This document shows positions 9,085-19,035 of a stretch of DNA of 64,000 nt, in pieces. Numbering within the stretch: the stretch's first letter is position 1; each line of letters opens with the position of its first letter. The notes under the pieces were generated by a model, which saw only the letters and a program-made list of their open reading frames with translations, did not search any database and had not been told where the DNA came from. A program made the translations under genes and the position numbers. Source of the DNA: Thermoplasmatota archaeon (GTDB taxonomy: Archaea; Thermoplasmatota; JAKEGO01); contig JANQNK010000006.1 in the NCBI GenBank assembly GCA_028279595.1, positions 1 through 64,000 on the forward strand, in the 5' to 3' direction.

Positions 9085-10446
9085 TCACTCTTTTATCCCG
9101 ACGATGTAAAGCAGCGGCTCATTGCCCATCGAGGTGACGAACCCACGGACCGTTACTGTCCTGCCGTGCAAAGAAGCGAGCCTGAGGGCCGTTGTCCAAT
9201 CGAGCATCGGCAGGGTAGGCACGGTCCCGTCCCTCGTCAATCTGGGAAACGCCGCCGTGTGCCATCTCTCCCCCACCTTTACCCTGCGGGCACGAACGTC
9301 GCGTACCCTGACCTCCGCCTCGAACCATCTTCCAACCGTATCAGGAGCGACCCTGTCCACCGTCCCGGGCGAGTTCATCGGCTTCGGTCCCGTAAGTACC
9401 GATCCGTACGATGAAGCCACCCTTACGACCCCGTCGAAGTCAGATCTCTTCCGTCTTGCGCGGTAGTACTGGACCGGATGGATGATCTCCCCGCAGAGGA
9501 TGTCCGGGTCGCGGCAGATGCCGTAGGACCTCATCGTCTCGCACTTCGGCACGGAGTACTCCGTCCCCGATGTGACACCGGTTATATGGTCGACCTGGTA
9601 CCGGGCGATCTTGTCCTGGAAATCGGGCGCCGATGCAAACAGACCCATTATCGACTCCTCGTCCATCCCTATCGTGTGAAGGAACGTGGTGAGGGCGAAC
9701 CGGGCGTGGTGGGGAAGGTTAACGCCTGCGGCGGAGTCCTCCATCAGATGCACCATGCAGGGAGGTGAATCGTCCAGTACCGGGGGTCCCCCTACATCCG
9801 CGGTCCTCGTGAGCGCGGTTTCCTCCCTGAGACGTTTCACATGCTCTCCCATGAGTGTCAGCATTTCCATGTCCACCGGGATAGGAAGATCGGCCTCGAG
9901 GCGTCGGCGTACCTCTTCCATGGTCAATCTTGTCAACTCGGACCTCTCCAGAAGGACCTCGCCGTCCGCCACCGGCCGGTTCACGAGCTTCCACTCACCC
10001 CCGGGACCGCCGATCCGATCGGAGGAGAGGGCCAGGTAGTCTGCGAACCTGACCGCGTAACCTTCCGGGGTCTTGGAGTAATCGATCCCCAATTCGCCCG
10101 TGACCAGCTCGAGGACGTCCTCCTCGGCGTCGTCGAGGTCCTCCCTCATCCGGCCGGCCTCGTTCAGAGCGAAGCGCCTGATGAGCGACATGTCGTTGAC
10201 CGCGGACACAAGGATCCTCGATACGATGTACACGAGGACGGACCTGAGTGCCTCGGGCTCCTCCAGGACAGTCTCTCGTTTCCATTCCCGCTTCCCGAGG
10301 GCCTCGAGGGTCCTCAGGAAGCCGTCCTGCCTCACTTCGGCATAGTCCGGTGAACGAAGGAGCACCTCGGGTGAAGGTCCATACTGACGGACGAACGACC
10401 CTGTCTCCTTGAGGAACGGGAAGCTGGAGAGCACCGAAGGTTCCAT
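9085..10446 (-). CDS. priL: DNA primase large subunit with C-terminal extension
   Basis: WKLVNR, PPCM, NLPHHARFAL, APDF...ARYQVDHI, Y..PKCETM...GIC Fe-S domain. Confidence 0.9.
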   Translation of the reverse strand: MEPSVLSSFPFLKETGSFVRQYGPSPEVLLRSPDYAEVRQDGFLRTLEALGKREWKRETVLEEPEALRSVLVYIVSRILVSAVNDMSLIRRFALNEAGRMREDLDDAEEDVLELVTGELGIDYSKTPEGYAVRFADYLALSSDRIGGPGGEWKLVNRPVADGEVLLERSELTRLTMEEVRRRLEADLPIPVDMEMLTLMGEHVKRLREETALTRTADVGGPPVLDDSPPCMVHLMEDSAAGVNLPHHARFALTTFLHTIGMDEESIMGLFASAPDFQDKIARYQVDHITGVTSGTEYSVPKCETMRSYGICRDPDILCGEIIHPVQYYRARRKRSDFDGVVRVASSYGSVLTGPKPMNSPGTVDRVAPDTVGRWFEAEVRVRDVRARRVKVGERWHTAAFPRLTRDGTVPTLPMLDWTTALRLASLHGRTVTVRGFVTSMGNEPLLYIVGIKE

Positions 10447-10497
10447 TTGAAGCCTATTTATACGCGAATTCTATTTAATATGTTGCTGGTGAGCACG

Positions 10498-11013
10498 ATG
10501 GGAGGCACGGAGTTCGAGAGGGAGCTCAAGGGGATACTCGAGGCCCGCGACGATGTCATGGAGAAGGTCGTCCGTTCCTGTTCCGACGATGAGACCACGA
10601 ACTACGCCCTGGTATCGGATATTCCGTTCATGGTCATCAGGGCAGCGGGTTCCTTCGGCGTGGACCTGGTCGCGTATAGACACGGCGTCTTTTTGCCCAT
10701 CGAGGTCAAGTCGTCCGGCAAGAAGCGTCTGTGGCTCGGATCCGAGCGACACGTCCAGCAGGTGGACTCGTTCCACGAGGCGTGCCGTACCTCCGGGGTG
10801 ATCCCCGTCTACGCGTTCAGGCTCAAGAAGCAGCGGGGCGACGCGTGGAGGATATTCACGGCCGAGGACGTGGACCCGACAGGGATGTCCCGATTGCTGT
10901 TCAACACACTCCCGAAGGTGACGAGGACCAAGGGTGACAGGGTGGTGCTTCCGTGGGAGGAGGGCATGCCCCTCAATGAGTTCATAGCCTACGTCCATTC
11001 ACTGCTCGAGTGA
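10498..11013 (+). CDS. hjc: Holliday junction resolvase
   Basis: G..FEREL, RAAGSFGVDLVA and IEVKSS PD-(D/E)xK motifs. Confidence 0.85.
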   Translation: MGGTEFERELKGILEARDDVMEKVVRSCSDDETTNYALVSDIPFMVIRAAGSFGVDLVAYRHGVFLPIEVKSSGKKRLWLGSERHVQQVDSFHEACRTSGVIPVYAFRLKKQRGDAWRIFTAEDVDPTGMSRLLFNTLPKVTRTKGDRVVLPWEEGMPLNEFIAYVHSLLE

Positions 11014-11016
11014 CGC

Positions 11017-11916
11017 TCACCGCATGTACTTTCGTCTGAGCTCGTTCGCAGCCCTGATGTAGGCCTGCGAACCGTTCGAGCCCATATCGTAGGTCGCGAT
11101 CGGGACACCCATGCTCTGGGCCTCGGCAACGCGCCTGTCCCTTGGCACAGCCGCCCGGAGGACGGTCCTCCCGAAGTGGTCCCTGACCTCATCGGCGATC
11201 TCGATGCTCAGTGGCGTCCTCTCGTACATCGTGATGAGTATCCCCTCGACCCTCAGGTCGGGATTCAGGTTGTCGCTGACGACCTTGATTATCCCCACGA
11301 GGTCCTTTATCCCCTCGAGGGCGAAGTATTCGCACTGGAGCGGTATCAGCACCCTGTCCGCGGCGACGAGGCTGTTGACGGTCAGCAGGCCCAGCGAGGG
11401 CGGTGTGTCTATGAAGATGAAATCGTAGTAGTCCTTGATCGGCGCCAGCGCGCTCCTCAGCTGAAGCTCCCTCTCGGGATGCTCCACGAGCTCCACGTTC
11501 ACCCGGGAAAGGTCGACGTTCGCGGGTATCAGATCGAGTCCCGGGAGGTCCGATGCAAGGAGGACGTCCTCGGCGGTCCCCAGGCCCAGCAGGACGTCAA
11601 GTATCGTCCCTTCGATCTCGGAACGCTCCACGCCCAGGCCGCTGGTCGAGTGCCCCTGCGAGTCCATGTCCACCAGCAGAACGGGATGCCCCATCCTTGC
11701 CAGCGTGGTCGCCATGTTCACGGATGTCGTCGTCTTGCCGACACCCCCCTTCCGGTTGGCCACTGCGATGACGACCGGATCATCCAGGTGGCGTTCTATC
11801 GGCCTCTGTTGAAGCATAATCTTGCGTCTCTTCGGTCTGCGCACGCGGCCTGTCAGCTGGACCGATTCCTGCTTGGGCTGTTCCTGTTTGCGTCTGAGCC
11901 ATCCCATCCCGATCAC
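11017..11916 (-). CDS. parA: ParA/Soj-family ATPase
   Basis: Deviant Walker A NRKGGVGKTT, DMDSQG, IDTPPSLG, PLQCEYFALEG. Alternative start at 11907. Confidence 0.92.
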   Translation of the reverse strand: MIGMGWLRRKQEQPKQESVQLTGRVRRPKRRKIMLQQRPIERHLDDPVVIAVANRKGGVGKTTTSVNMATTLARMGHPVLLVDMDSQGHSTSGLGVERSEIEGTILDVLLGLGTAEDVLLASDLPGLDLIPANVDLSRVNVELVEHPERELQLRSALAPIKDYYDFIFIDTPPSLGLLTVNSLVAADRVLIPLQCEYFALEGIKDLVGIIKVVSDNLNPDLRVEGILITMYERTPLSIEIADEVRDHFGRTVLRAAVPRDRRVAEAQSMGVPIATYDMGSNGSQAYIRAANELRRKYMR

Positions 11917-11917
11917 A

Positions 11918-14900
11918 TCACTTCTTTGACTTCCTGAGCCGTTCGATCTCCTTCAGGATCTTCTCGGCCTTGAGGTCCACTTCGCCGCCCGCCTTCGCGG
12001 GCTCTACGGACTCCGCAGCAACGACGACAGCTGCGGCGGGTTCCTTGGCGACCTGGGTCTTGACCGGTACACCGGTGCGGGCTATCGGTTTCGCCTCGAC
12101 GATGGCGCTCCGCTCCAGCTGGGCCTCCAGCTCGTGCACCTTCGACTGCAGCTTCCCGACCTCACCCTCCTTGTCCGCCAGTCTCTTCTTCAGGGTCGCC
12201 GAGCTCCTGTCCTTCGCGAACTCCTCGACCCGCTTCTTGAGCTCGTTCATCTTCTTTGTGTTGTCGGCCACCCGCTTGTCGGCCTCCTCGGAGACCTTCT
12301 TGATCTTCTTGTCGCGCTCCTCGATCTGCTTCTTGAGGGTATCGAGCTCCTTGTCGAGCTTGTCATGGTCCTTGCCCTTCGCCTTCGAGGTCTCTATCTC
12401 CGTTTTCAGGGTGACGATCTCCTTGGCGAGCTTCGCCTCGGACTTCTCCTTGACCGCCACGGTCGCCTTCAGTTCGTCGATCTCCTTGACCCTGCTGTTG
12501 GCGACCTCTTGTACCTTCTCGATCTTCTCTTTCAGGCCCGCCATGTCCGTGGACGAGTCCTTGAGCTTCTCCTTCTCTGCATTGAGCGCTTTAATGTTCT
12601 CCTTGAGCTTTGCGATCTCCTCGGCGGCGCCCTGGTCCGTCTTGGTCGCCTCCTGGAGCTTCAATTCGTAGTCCTTGATGAGCTTGGCCTTCTCGGCCTC
12701 GAAATTCTCGCTGGCAGATGCTCCATCCGCCATCTTCTTCTTGAGCTCGGTCAACTCGACCTCGTGCGCCTCCTTCATCTTCGAGATCGCGGCGCTCTTG
12801 GCCTCGTCGGTGGAGTCCATCTCCTTCTTCAGGTTCTCGAACTCCATCTTCAGGACGTCGGCCTCCTCGCGCTTCCTCTTGAGCTCCTTCTCGAGGTCAG
12901 CTGCTCTGTCGCCCGCCTTGTCGGCGGACTTGACGGCTCCCTCGAGCTCCGATATCGTGGCCTGCAGCTCCTTGATCCTCTCGTCGGACGATCCGACCTC
13001 CTTGACCCTCTCGTTAAGGTCTGCCTCGAGCTTACCGATCCTTTCCTGGTAGCCCTTGACCTCGGTCTCGAACTTGGCCTCACCCTCGCTCCTTGCGGAT
13101 ATCTGGGCCTCGAGCATGGAGACCCGCTCCTCGTAGGCCGTCACCTTCTTCTTCAGTTCGGCCTCCGACCTCGTCCTGGCGTTGAGCTCCTCGAGCATCT
13201 TCTCGGCCTTCTCCTCGGCGGCCTTCACGCCCTCGTCCGACTCCATCGACGCCTCGCGAACGGTGGATATCTCGTTCTCCAGCGCCTTGAGCCGCTCGGC
13301 CAGCGCCTCGGCCTTCGATCTCAGCGACTCCTCTTCCTTTGTCTTCTGGTTGAGCTTCTCCGTGAGTTCCGTGACGCGGCCCTCGGAGGCCTTGATCCTG
13401 TCGTCCGACTCCATCGTGGCGCCCCGCACCGCCTGGAGCTCCTTCTCCAATCCCTTGACGCGCTCCTCGCTCGCGGCGCTCCTGGTCTTGACGGCCTCCA
13501 GGGCGTTGGTCTTCTTGTTGAGCTCCTCGGACAGCTCCGTCTCCCTTGCCTGGAGCTCCTTGATCCTCTCTGCGTGCTCTCCGGCGCCCTCGGCCTTCGC
13601 CTCGAGGTCCTTCTCCAGTACCTTGATCCTCTCCGAGAAGGCTTCGACCTCCTTCTTAAGCTCGGCCTCGGTACCGGATTTGGCGTTCAGCTTCTCGGTG
13701 AGCTCCACTGTCCTTCGTTCTGCAGCCTTGATGTTCTCCTCGGATTCCATGGCAGCGTCGCGTACAGCTTCGAGCTCCTTCTCGAGGGCCTGTACCCGAG
13801 CCTCGGAGGCGCCGCTCTTGCGCTCGAGCTCCTTCTCACCTTCACGCTTCTTGTCGAGGGCCGTCTGGAGCCTCTCGACCCGCGCTTCGGCCTCCTGGGC
13901 CCGCTTCTCGATCTCCTCGGTCCCCTGGCCGATGTTCTGCATCTCGTTGGAAAGCTGTTTGACCCTGGCGTTCGCCGATTTCAGGTCCTCACGGAGCTTC
14001 GCCTCGGTCTTGGTACCCTCGTCGGTGAGCATCGACTGCTTCTCGAGCTCCTTCTCGAGGTTCTTGATCTTCCCGCCACGCTCGCGCAGGGCCTCCATGG
14101 CCGAGACGACCTCGCCCTCGAGCTCCTGTATCCTCTCCTTGGCAGCTCCCTCGGAGCCCTCGAGGGTCGATATCCTCTTCTCGAGCTCGACGGACGACTT
14201 CCTGAACTCCTCCGCCCTGTCCTCTGCCTTCTTGACCCTGGCGTCGGCGTCCTCGGAGCCCTTCGATTTCTGTGCGAGCTCCTCCTCGAGCTGTGCTATT
14301 CGCTCGTCCGACTTCTTGGACTTGAAAAGAAGGTCGTGCTGCAGCTTCTTCTGTCCGTTTATCTCGGTCTGAAGCTGTGCGACCTTGCCTTCGTGTGATT
14401 TGATGGAGCTCTCGAGCTCGATCCTGCCGTCCTGCTCGGACTTCACCTCGATCTCCAGCTCCTTGATCCTCTTCTCCCGGGACGCCACCTTCCCGGCGGC
14501 GGACGACTCTATCTCCTCGATCTTCCCGAGCTCCTCCTCGAGACCGGCTATGCGATCCTCGAGGGAGGTCGCCTTCCTCGATGCGTCGGTCGCCAATTTC
14601 TTCTGGTCCTCGAGCTTCCTCTCCAGGTCCGCCGCCCTCTTCTCGGCGGCCGCGACCGTTCCGCTGGACTCGGTGACGAGCTTCTCCCGCTTGTCGATCT
14701 CGTTCTGCAGTCCACTGACGGCCTTCTCGAGGTCTGCAACCTTCGCCGCGGCCTCTGCGGCGCTCTTCTCGGCCTTAACTACCTTTTCGTCAGCGGTCTT
14801 CGCAGCACCGTCGCGCTCCTCCTCGAGCGCCTTGACGGCGGTCTCGTGCTCCTGAGCCTTGTCCTCGAGCTGCGCTATCCTTTCCAGGTATGATCTTGAT

Positions 14901-17437
14901 TTCGCTTCGAGCTCCTTAGTGGTCGAGATCCGGGCCTCGAGCTCGGCCTCCAGCTTGGAAGCCTCCCCCCTGACCTTCTTGATCTCCTTCTCGAGCTTCG
15001 TATCCGCCTCGCCACGGGTGCTGAGCTCCTGCTCGACCTCCTTGACCCTCATCTCGGACTCCTTGACCGCCTTCTTCATCTCCGCGATCTTCTCGTCCCT
15101 CGATGCGATCTTCTTCTCCAGGGAGGCGATGTTCTTCGCATCCGTCCCGGCCTTGCCCTCGGCCTCGATGGCCGCGGCCCGGGTCCTCTCCACGTTCTTC
15201 TCTAGGTCCGCTATCTGCTTGTCCAGCTCGGCCGCCCTCTCGGCCTCTGCGGTACGTTCCTCGACGAGGTGTTCGAGCTCCGCTATCCGCTTCGAGTCGG
15301 TCTCTGCCCTGCCCTCCGCGTCGATGGCTGCACCGCGCGTCCTCTCGATGTCCTTCTCGAGGTCCGTCACACGGTCGACGGCGGACTCCGCCTCGCTGGT
15401 CGCTGTCTGCAGAAGGCCCTCGAGCTCAGCGATCCGCTCCCTGAGCTCCGTCCTCTTTTTGTCGTTGCGGGTCTTCGTCCTCTCGGCGTTCTTCTCGAGC
15501 TCTGCGATGCGCTCCTCGTACTCGGAGAGCTTGCCCGCTCCTGCGGACTTCTCCCGTTCAATTCCCTTCTCGAGCCTGGCGATGGTCTTCTCGTACTCCG
15601 AGCTCCGGCCGATCGCCTCGTCGCACTCGGTCCTCATTCCCTTGAGCTCTGTCTCCATCTCGGAGACCCTGGTCTCCAGGTCGACGTTCTTCTCGATGGC
15701 CTCGTCCTTCGCTGCGGACTCCTTCTCGAGCCTGCTCTCCTGCTTCCGGAGGGTCTTTTCGAGGTCGGCGATGCGGGTCTCGGTCTCGGCTCCCGCTGTG
15801 CTCGTGCTCTCCAGTTCGCCCTCCAGCTCGGCGACACGACCCTCCAGAGTGCGGACGTTGCCTCGGGCCTCCGACCGCTCCGAACGGGCCTTCTCGAGTG
15901 ACGTCTCGAGCTTCGTGATGGTCTTCTCCTGCTCCGCGACCGTGCTCTCGGCGACGGAACTGTCCTTGTTGAGGGACTTGAGGTCCTTTTCGAGGCCTGC
16001 CACGGTCTCCTCGAGGGTCTTCGCCTGCTTGGTGGCCTCGCTCCTCTCGGATCGCGCCTTCTCGAGGGAGCGCTCCAGCTTGACGATCCTCTTCTCGTAC
16101 TCGGTCGCCATCTCGACGGCCTCCTCGCTCCCCTTTTCGCTGGAAGCGACGGTGGCCTCGAGGTCGACGATACGCTTGTCGTACTCGTCCCTCTGCTTCT
16201 CGTGGGTCTTGACCTCCTTCTTGAGGTCCTTGACCTCTCCCTTCAGTTCCTCTATCGTGACTGCGTACTTCTCGGCCTTGGACTCGAGCCCCTCGGCCGC
16301 CTTCGCCCTCGCGTCAAGCTCGGCCTCGAGCTCCTTGGCCCTTTCCTGGACCTCCTCGAGCTCCTCGCCCTCGCGGGACCCGGCCTCCTCGACCTTGCTG
16401 AGGTCCTTCTCGAGCTGCTTGATCCTCTCCTCGTAGGTGGAGGCCTTCTCCTCGTGCTTCTTGACCCTGGAGGCCCACTCGTCCTCCAGGCTTGCGATCT
16501 TGTCCTCGTAGTCCGCCTTCTTCTCGGCGTCCTCATCGGCAGCGGAGGCACTCCTCTCGACCTCCTTTTCAAGCTCCGCGATCCTGTCCTTGTACTCCTT
16601 CTCGAGCTTCTCCAGTGCGGACTCATGCTCCTTCCTCATGGCCGCGGCGTCGACCTCACCGCCCTTCTCGAGCTCATCCTCCAGGGTCTCGATCCTCGCC
16701 TCGTAGGAGCGCTTCGCCTCGAGCAGTCCGGCCTCGATCCCTTTCCGGGACTCCAGGTCCTTCTCCAGCTCGGCGACCCTGTCCTCGAGCTCGTCTCCGC
16801 TGTCAGCTCGCGATTCGAGTTCCTTCTCGAGCCTCTTGATCTCGGACTTGAGCTCCTCCTTCTCATCCTCGAACCCGCTCTTCAGGTCCTCGATCTCCTC
16901 GGGGGAGACGCCCGGCTCCTTCATCTCGGCCTTGAGCTCATTGAATTCGTTGGTTCTCGTCTCCAGCTCGCGGAGGATGCCCTGCCGCTCGAGCTCCTTG
17001 ACCCCGAGTATGCGTTCCAATTCGCGCATCCTGTCGTAGAGGTCCTCCCATCCCTCGAGATTGGATTGGAGCTTCTCCACCTCCTTCTCGGCGGACTTCT
17101 TCTCCTCCCTGAGCCCTTCCATCTCCTGCTCGATCTCCTTCTCCTTCTCGGACTGGACCTCGTTGAGCTTGTCGAGCTCCTTCTTCAGGTCCTTGATCTC
17201 ATCCTCGCTCTCCTCGAGCTTCTCGGTGGACTTCGAGAGCTTCTTCTCCAGGTCCTTGATGGACTTGTCCTTGGTGGATGAATCGGACCTCGCGGCCTCG
17301 AGCTCGGCCTGCAGGTCCTCGATGGTCTCCTCCTTGGAACCGAGGTCGGTCTCCAGTGTAGAGATCTCGTCCTCGATGTGCGAAAGGAAGTCCTTGATCG
17401 TCGGTGCCTTCTTCCCGGAGTTCTCGTCGCCTGACAT
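11918..17437 (-). CDS. Giant (1839 aa) coiled-coil protein
   Basis: E/K/A/L-rich heptads along the whole length; no Walker A/B or SMC hinge seen; start overlaps the upstream stop (TAATG at 17435-17439). Confidence 0.85.
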   Translation of the reverse strand: MSGDENSGKKAPTIKDFLSHIEDEISTLETDLGSKEETIEDLQAELEAARSDSSTKDKSIKDLEKKLSKSTEKLEESEDEIKDLKKELDKLNEVQSEKEKEIEQEMEGLREEKKSAEKEVEKLQSNLEGWEDLYDRMRELERILGVKELERQGILRELETRTNEFNELKAEMKEPGVSPEEIEDLKSGFEDEKEELKSEIKRLEKELESRADSGDELEDRVAELEKDLESRKGIEAGLLEAKRSYEARIETLEDELEKGGEVDAAAMRKEHESALEKLEKEYKDRIAELEKEVERSASAADEDAEKKADYEDKIASLEDEWASRVKKHEEKASTYEERIKQLEKDLSKVEEAGSREGEELEEVQERAKELEAELDARAKAAEGLESKAEKYAVTIEELKGEVKDLKKEVKTHEKQRDEYDKRIVDLEATVASSEKGSEEAVEMATEYEKRIVKLERSLEKARSERSEATKQAKTLEETVAGLEKDLKSLNKDSSVAESTVAEQEKTITKLETSLEKARSERSEARGNVRTLEGRVAELEGELESTSTAGAETETRIADLEKTLRKQESRLEKESAAKDEAIEKNVDLETRVSEMETELKGMRTECDEAIGRSSEYEKTIARLEKGIEREKSAGAGKLSEYEERIAELEKNAERTKTRNDKKRTELRERIAELEGLLQTATSEAESAVDRVTDLEKDIERTRGAAIDAEGRAETDSKRIAELEHLVEERTAEAERAAELDKQIADLEKNVERTRAAAIEAEGKAGTDAKNIASLEKKIASRDEKIAEMKKAVKESEMRVKEVEQELSTRGEADTKLEKEIKKVRGEASKLEAELEARISTTKELEAKSRSYLERIAQLEDKAQEHETAVKALEEERDGAAKTADEKVVKAEKSAAEAAAKVADLEKAVSGLQNEIDKREKLVTESSGTVAAAEKRAADLERKLEDQKKLATDASRKATSLEDRIAGLEEELGKIEEIESSAAGKVASREKRIKELEIEVKSEQDGRIELESSIKSHEGKVAQLQTEINGQKKLQHDLLFKSKKSDERIAQLEEELAQKSKGSEDADARVKKAEDRAEEFRKSSVELEKRISTLEGSEGAAKERIQELEGEVVSAMEALRERGGKIKNLEKELEKQSMLTDEGTKTEAKLREDLKSANARVKQLSNEMQNIGQGTEEIEKRAQEAEARVERLQTALDKKREGEKELERKSGASEARVQALEKELEAVRDAAMESEENIKAAERRTVELTEKLNAKSGTEAELKKEVEAFSERIKVLEKDLEAKAEGAGEHAERIKELQARETELSEELNKKTNALEAVKTRSAASEERVKGLEKELQAVRGATMESDDRIKASEGRVTELTEKLNQKTKEEESLRSKAEALAERLKALENEISTVREASMESDEGVKAAEEKAEKMLEELNARTRSEAELKKKVTAYEERVSMLEAQISARSEGEAKFETEVKGYQERIGKLEADLNERVKEVGSSDERIKELQATISELEGAVKSADKAGDRAADLEKELKRKREEADVLKMEFENLKKEMDSTDEAKSAAISKMKEAHEVELTELKKKMADGASASENFEAEKAKLIKDYELKLQEATKTDQGAAEEIAKLKENIKALNAEKEKLKDSSTDMAGLKEKIEKVQEVANSRVKEIDELKATVAVKEKSEAKLAKEIVTLKTEIETSKAKGKDHDKLDKELDTLKKQIEERDKKIKKVSEEADKRVADNTKKMNELKKRVEEFAKDRSSATLKKRLADKEGEVGKLQSKVHELEAQLERSAIVEAKPIARTGVPVKTQVAKEPAAAVVVAAESVEPAKAGGEVDLKAEKILKEIERLRKSKK

Positions 17438-19035
17438 TAGGATCCCTCCTCCATCATCTTCTGAAGTACACGTTCCCTGGCCACCAGGTCCACCTTCTTC
17501 TCCTCGAGCCGGATCCTGATCCGCTTAGCCTCATCTATCAGGGCCGCGACCTGTGATAGAAATATCTGCTGGCGCTCCTTGAACGCCTTGATCTTGAACT
17601 TGAGGTCCGCCTCCCTCTCCTCGAGGTTCTGCATCTCCGATTCCTTGAGGGCCACATCGACCGACCGACGGCGGATGTCCGCCTCGCGCTTGTCGAGCTC
17701 CGTGGCGAACCGTGAGAGCTCCTCGGACCGTAACTGGAGGTTCATCTCCTTCTCGCCGAGCCTTCCCTCCTTGTAGTCGATGTCGGGGCCTACCTGTTCG
17801 AACGTCGGCATCGGTCCCGGAACGGGCGAAGGCATCGGTACATCGGTCGTGATGCCCTTCTCCCGAGTTCGGAGGTTGTCCTCCCAGATCGCGAGGGTCT
17901 CCTCACGCCTGTCGAGGGCGTCCTCGAGCCTGGCGATCTCGAGCTGCTTCCTGGAGACCTCCTCCACCTCGACCTCCCGGACCATCATCTCGACCTCCTT
18001 CCGGATGAGCTCCTCCCTCGCCATCTGTTCCTCCTTCTTGAGGTCCTGCTCCATCTGCCGCAGCCCCTCCTCGCGGGCCTGCAGCAGCTCCTCGCGGCGC
18101 TCTATCTCCTCGACGAGAGCATTCCTCGTCGTGAGCTTTCCCGCGACCTGCGTCTGCATCGTGTTGATCTCGGCGATCTTCGCTTTGAGCTCCACCTCGC
18201 GGATGTCTATCTCGTCACGCTTCCGCTTGAACTCTTCGTACTTCGCCTCGTCGATTATGATCTCGACCTCCTTCTTCAGGAGGTCCTCCTTTATCGCATC
18301 GAGCTCCTGCTCCTTCTTCCGCATCGCTGCGTCCCTCTCCTCGAACGCGGCACGCATCTTGTCGAGCTCGTCCCTTCCGGCAACGAGCTTCTCCTCGATA
18401 TCCCTCTCGCGCTCCTCGAGGGCGTGCTCCCGGGCGGCAAGTTCCGCCGTTCCTGCTGCATCGCCGACGGGTGCCGATTCGATATCACGCCGGAGGTCCT
18501 CGATCTCTGCCTCCTTTCGTGCGAGGTCCCTCTCCCTCTCGGCGAGGTACTTCGTCTTCTTGTCGATGTCCGAGGTCGTGGTCCGTGTGACGTTGTCGGA
18601 TATCTTGTCCATGTTGTTCTTAATTTCGACGACGAGGTCCTCGAACATCGCGACGAGTTCGCTCTTCGTCTTCTCCCGACCGTCCTTGCGGAGGCGCTTC
18701 TCCGTCTTCTTGAGCTCCTCCTTCTTCCGCTCGATCGCCTCCATCATCTCGGAGATCTTGGTCGGCGGGACCTCCTTCACAGAGACGACGCGGATGTTCG
18801 TTTTGCCCTTGAGCTTGAGGTTGGGCGATATCGTATCGAGAAGCGACTCACCGACGCCGGGAACATTGAGCAGTTGCTTCTTCCGTGTGATCGGACCGTT
18901 GTCCTTGACGTACTTCACTATGGCTATCGCCTTCTTCTCGCCGAGGCCCGGAAGTACGAGGAAATCCTCTACCTTCGCCTCGTTGATGTTGATCGATCCT
19001 ATGACCTCTATCGGCGTAGCTCCCTTGTCTTCCAT
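17437..19035 (-). CDS. ComEA-like helix-hairpin-helix domain plus coiled-coil protein
   Basis: ININEA..EDFLVLPGLGEKKAIAIV...NGP...QLLNVPGVG, then about 450 aa of coiled coil; no signal or TM segment. Confidence 0.85.
   Translation of the reverse strand: MEDKGATPIEVIGSININEAKVEDFLVLPGLGEKKAIAIVKYVKDNGPITRKKQLLNVPGVGESLLDTISPNLKLKGKTNIRVVSVKEVPPTKISEMMEAIERKKEELKKTEKRLRKDGREKTKSELVAMFEDLVVEIKNNMDKISDNVTRTTTSDIDKKTKYLAERERDLARKEAEIEDLRRDIESAPVGDAAGTAELAAREHALEERERDIEEKLVAGRDELDKMRAAFEERDAAMRKKEQELDAIKEDLLKKEVEIIIDEAKYEEFKRKRDEIDIREVELKAKIAEINTMQTQVAGKLTTRNALVEEIERREELLQAREEGLRQMEQDLKKEEQMAREELIRKEVEMMVREVEVEEVSRKQLEIARLEDALDRREETLAIWEDNLRTREKGITTDVPMPSPVPGPMPTFEQVGPDIDYKEGRLGEKEMNLQLRSEELSRFATELDKREADIRRRSVDVALKESEMQNLEEREADLKFKIKAFKERQQIFLSQVAALIDEAKRIRIRLEEKKVDLVARERVLQKMMEEGS

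Noticed and set aside
11918-17437. SMC/Rad50 assignment for the giant coiled coil
   Set aside because: No Walker A/B, signature motif, hinge or CxxC hook.
17437-19035. ComEA competence receptor
   Set aside because: No signal peptide or TM anchor; the HhH is N-terminal on a cytoplasmic-type coiled coil.
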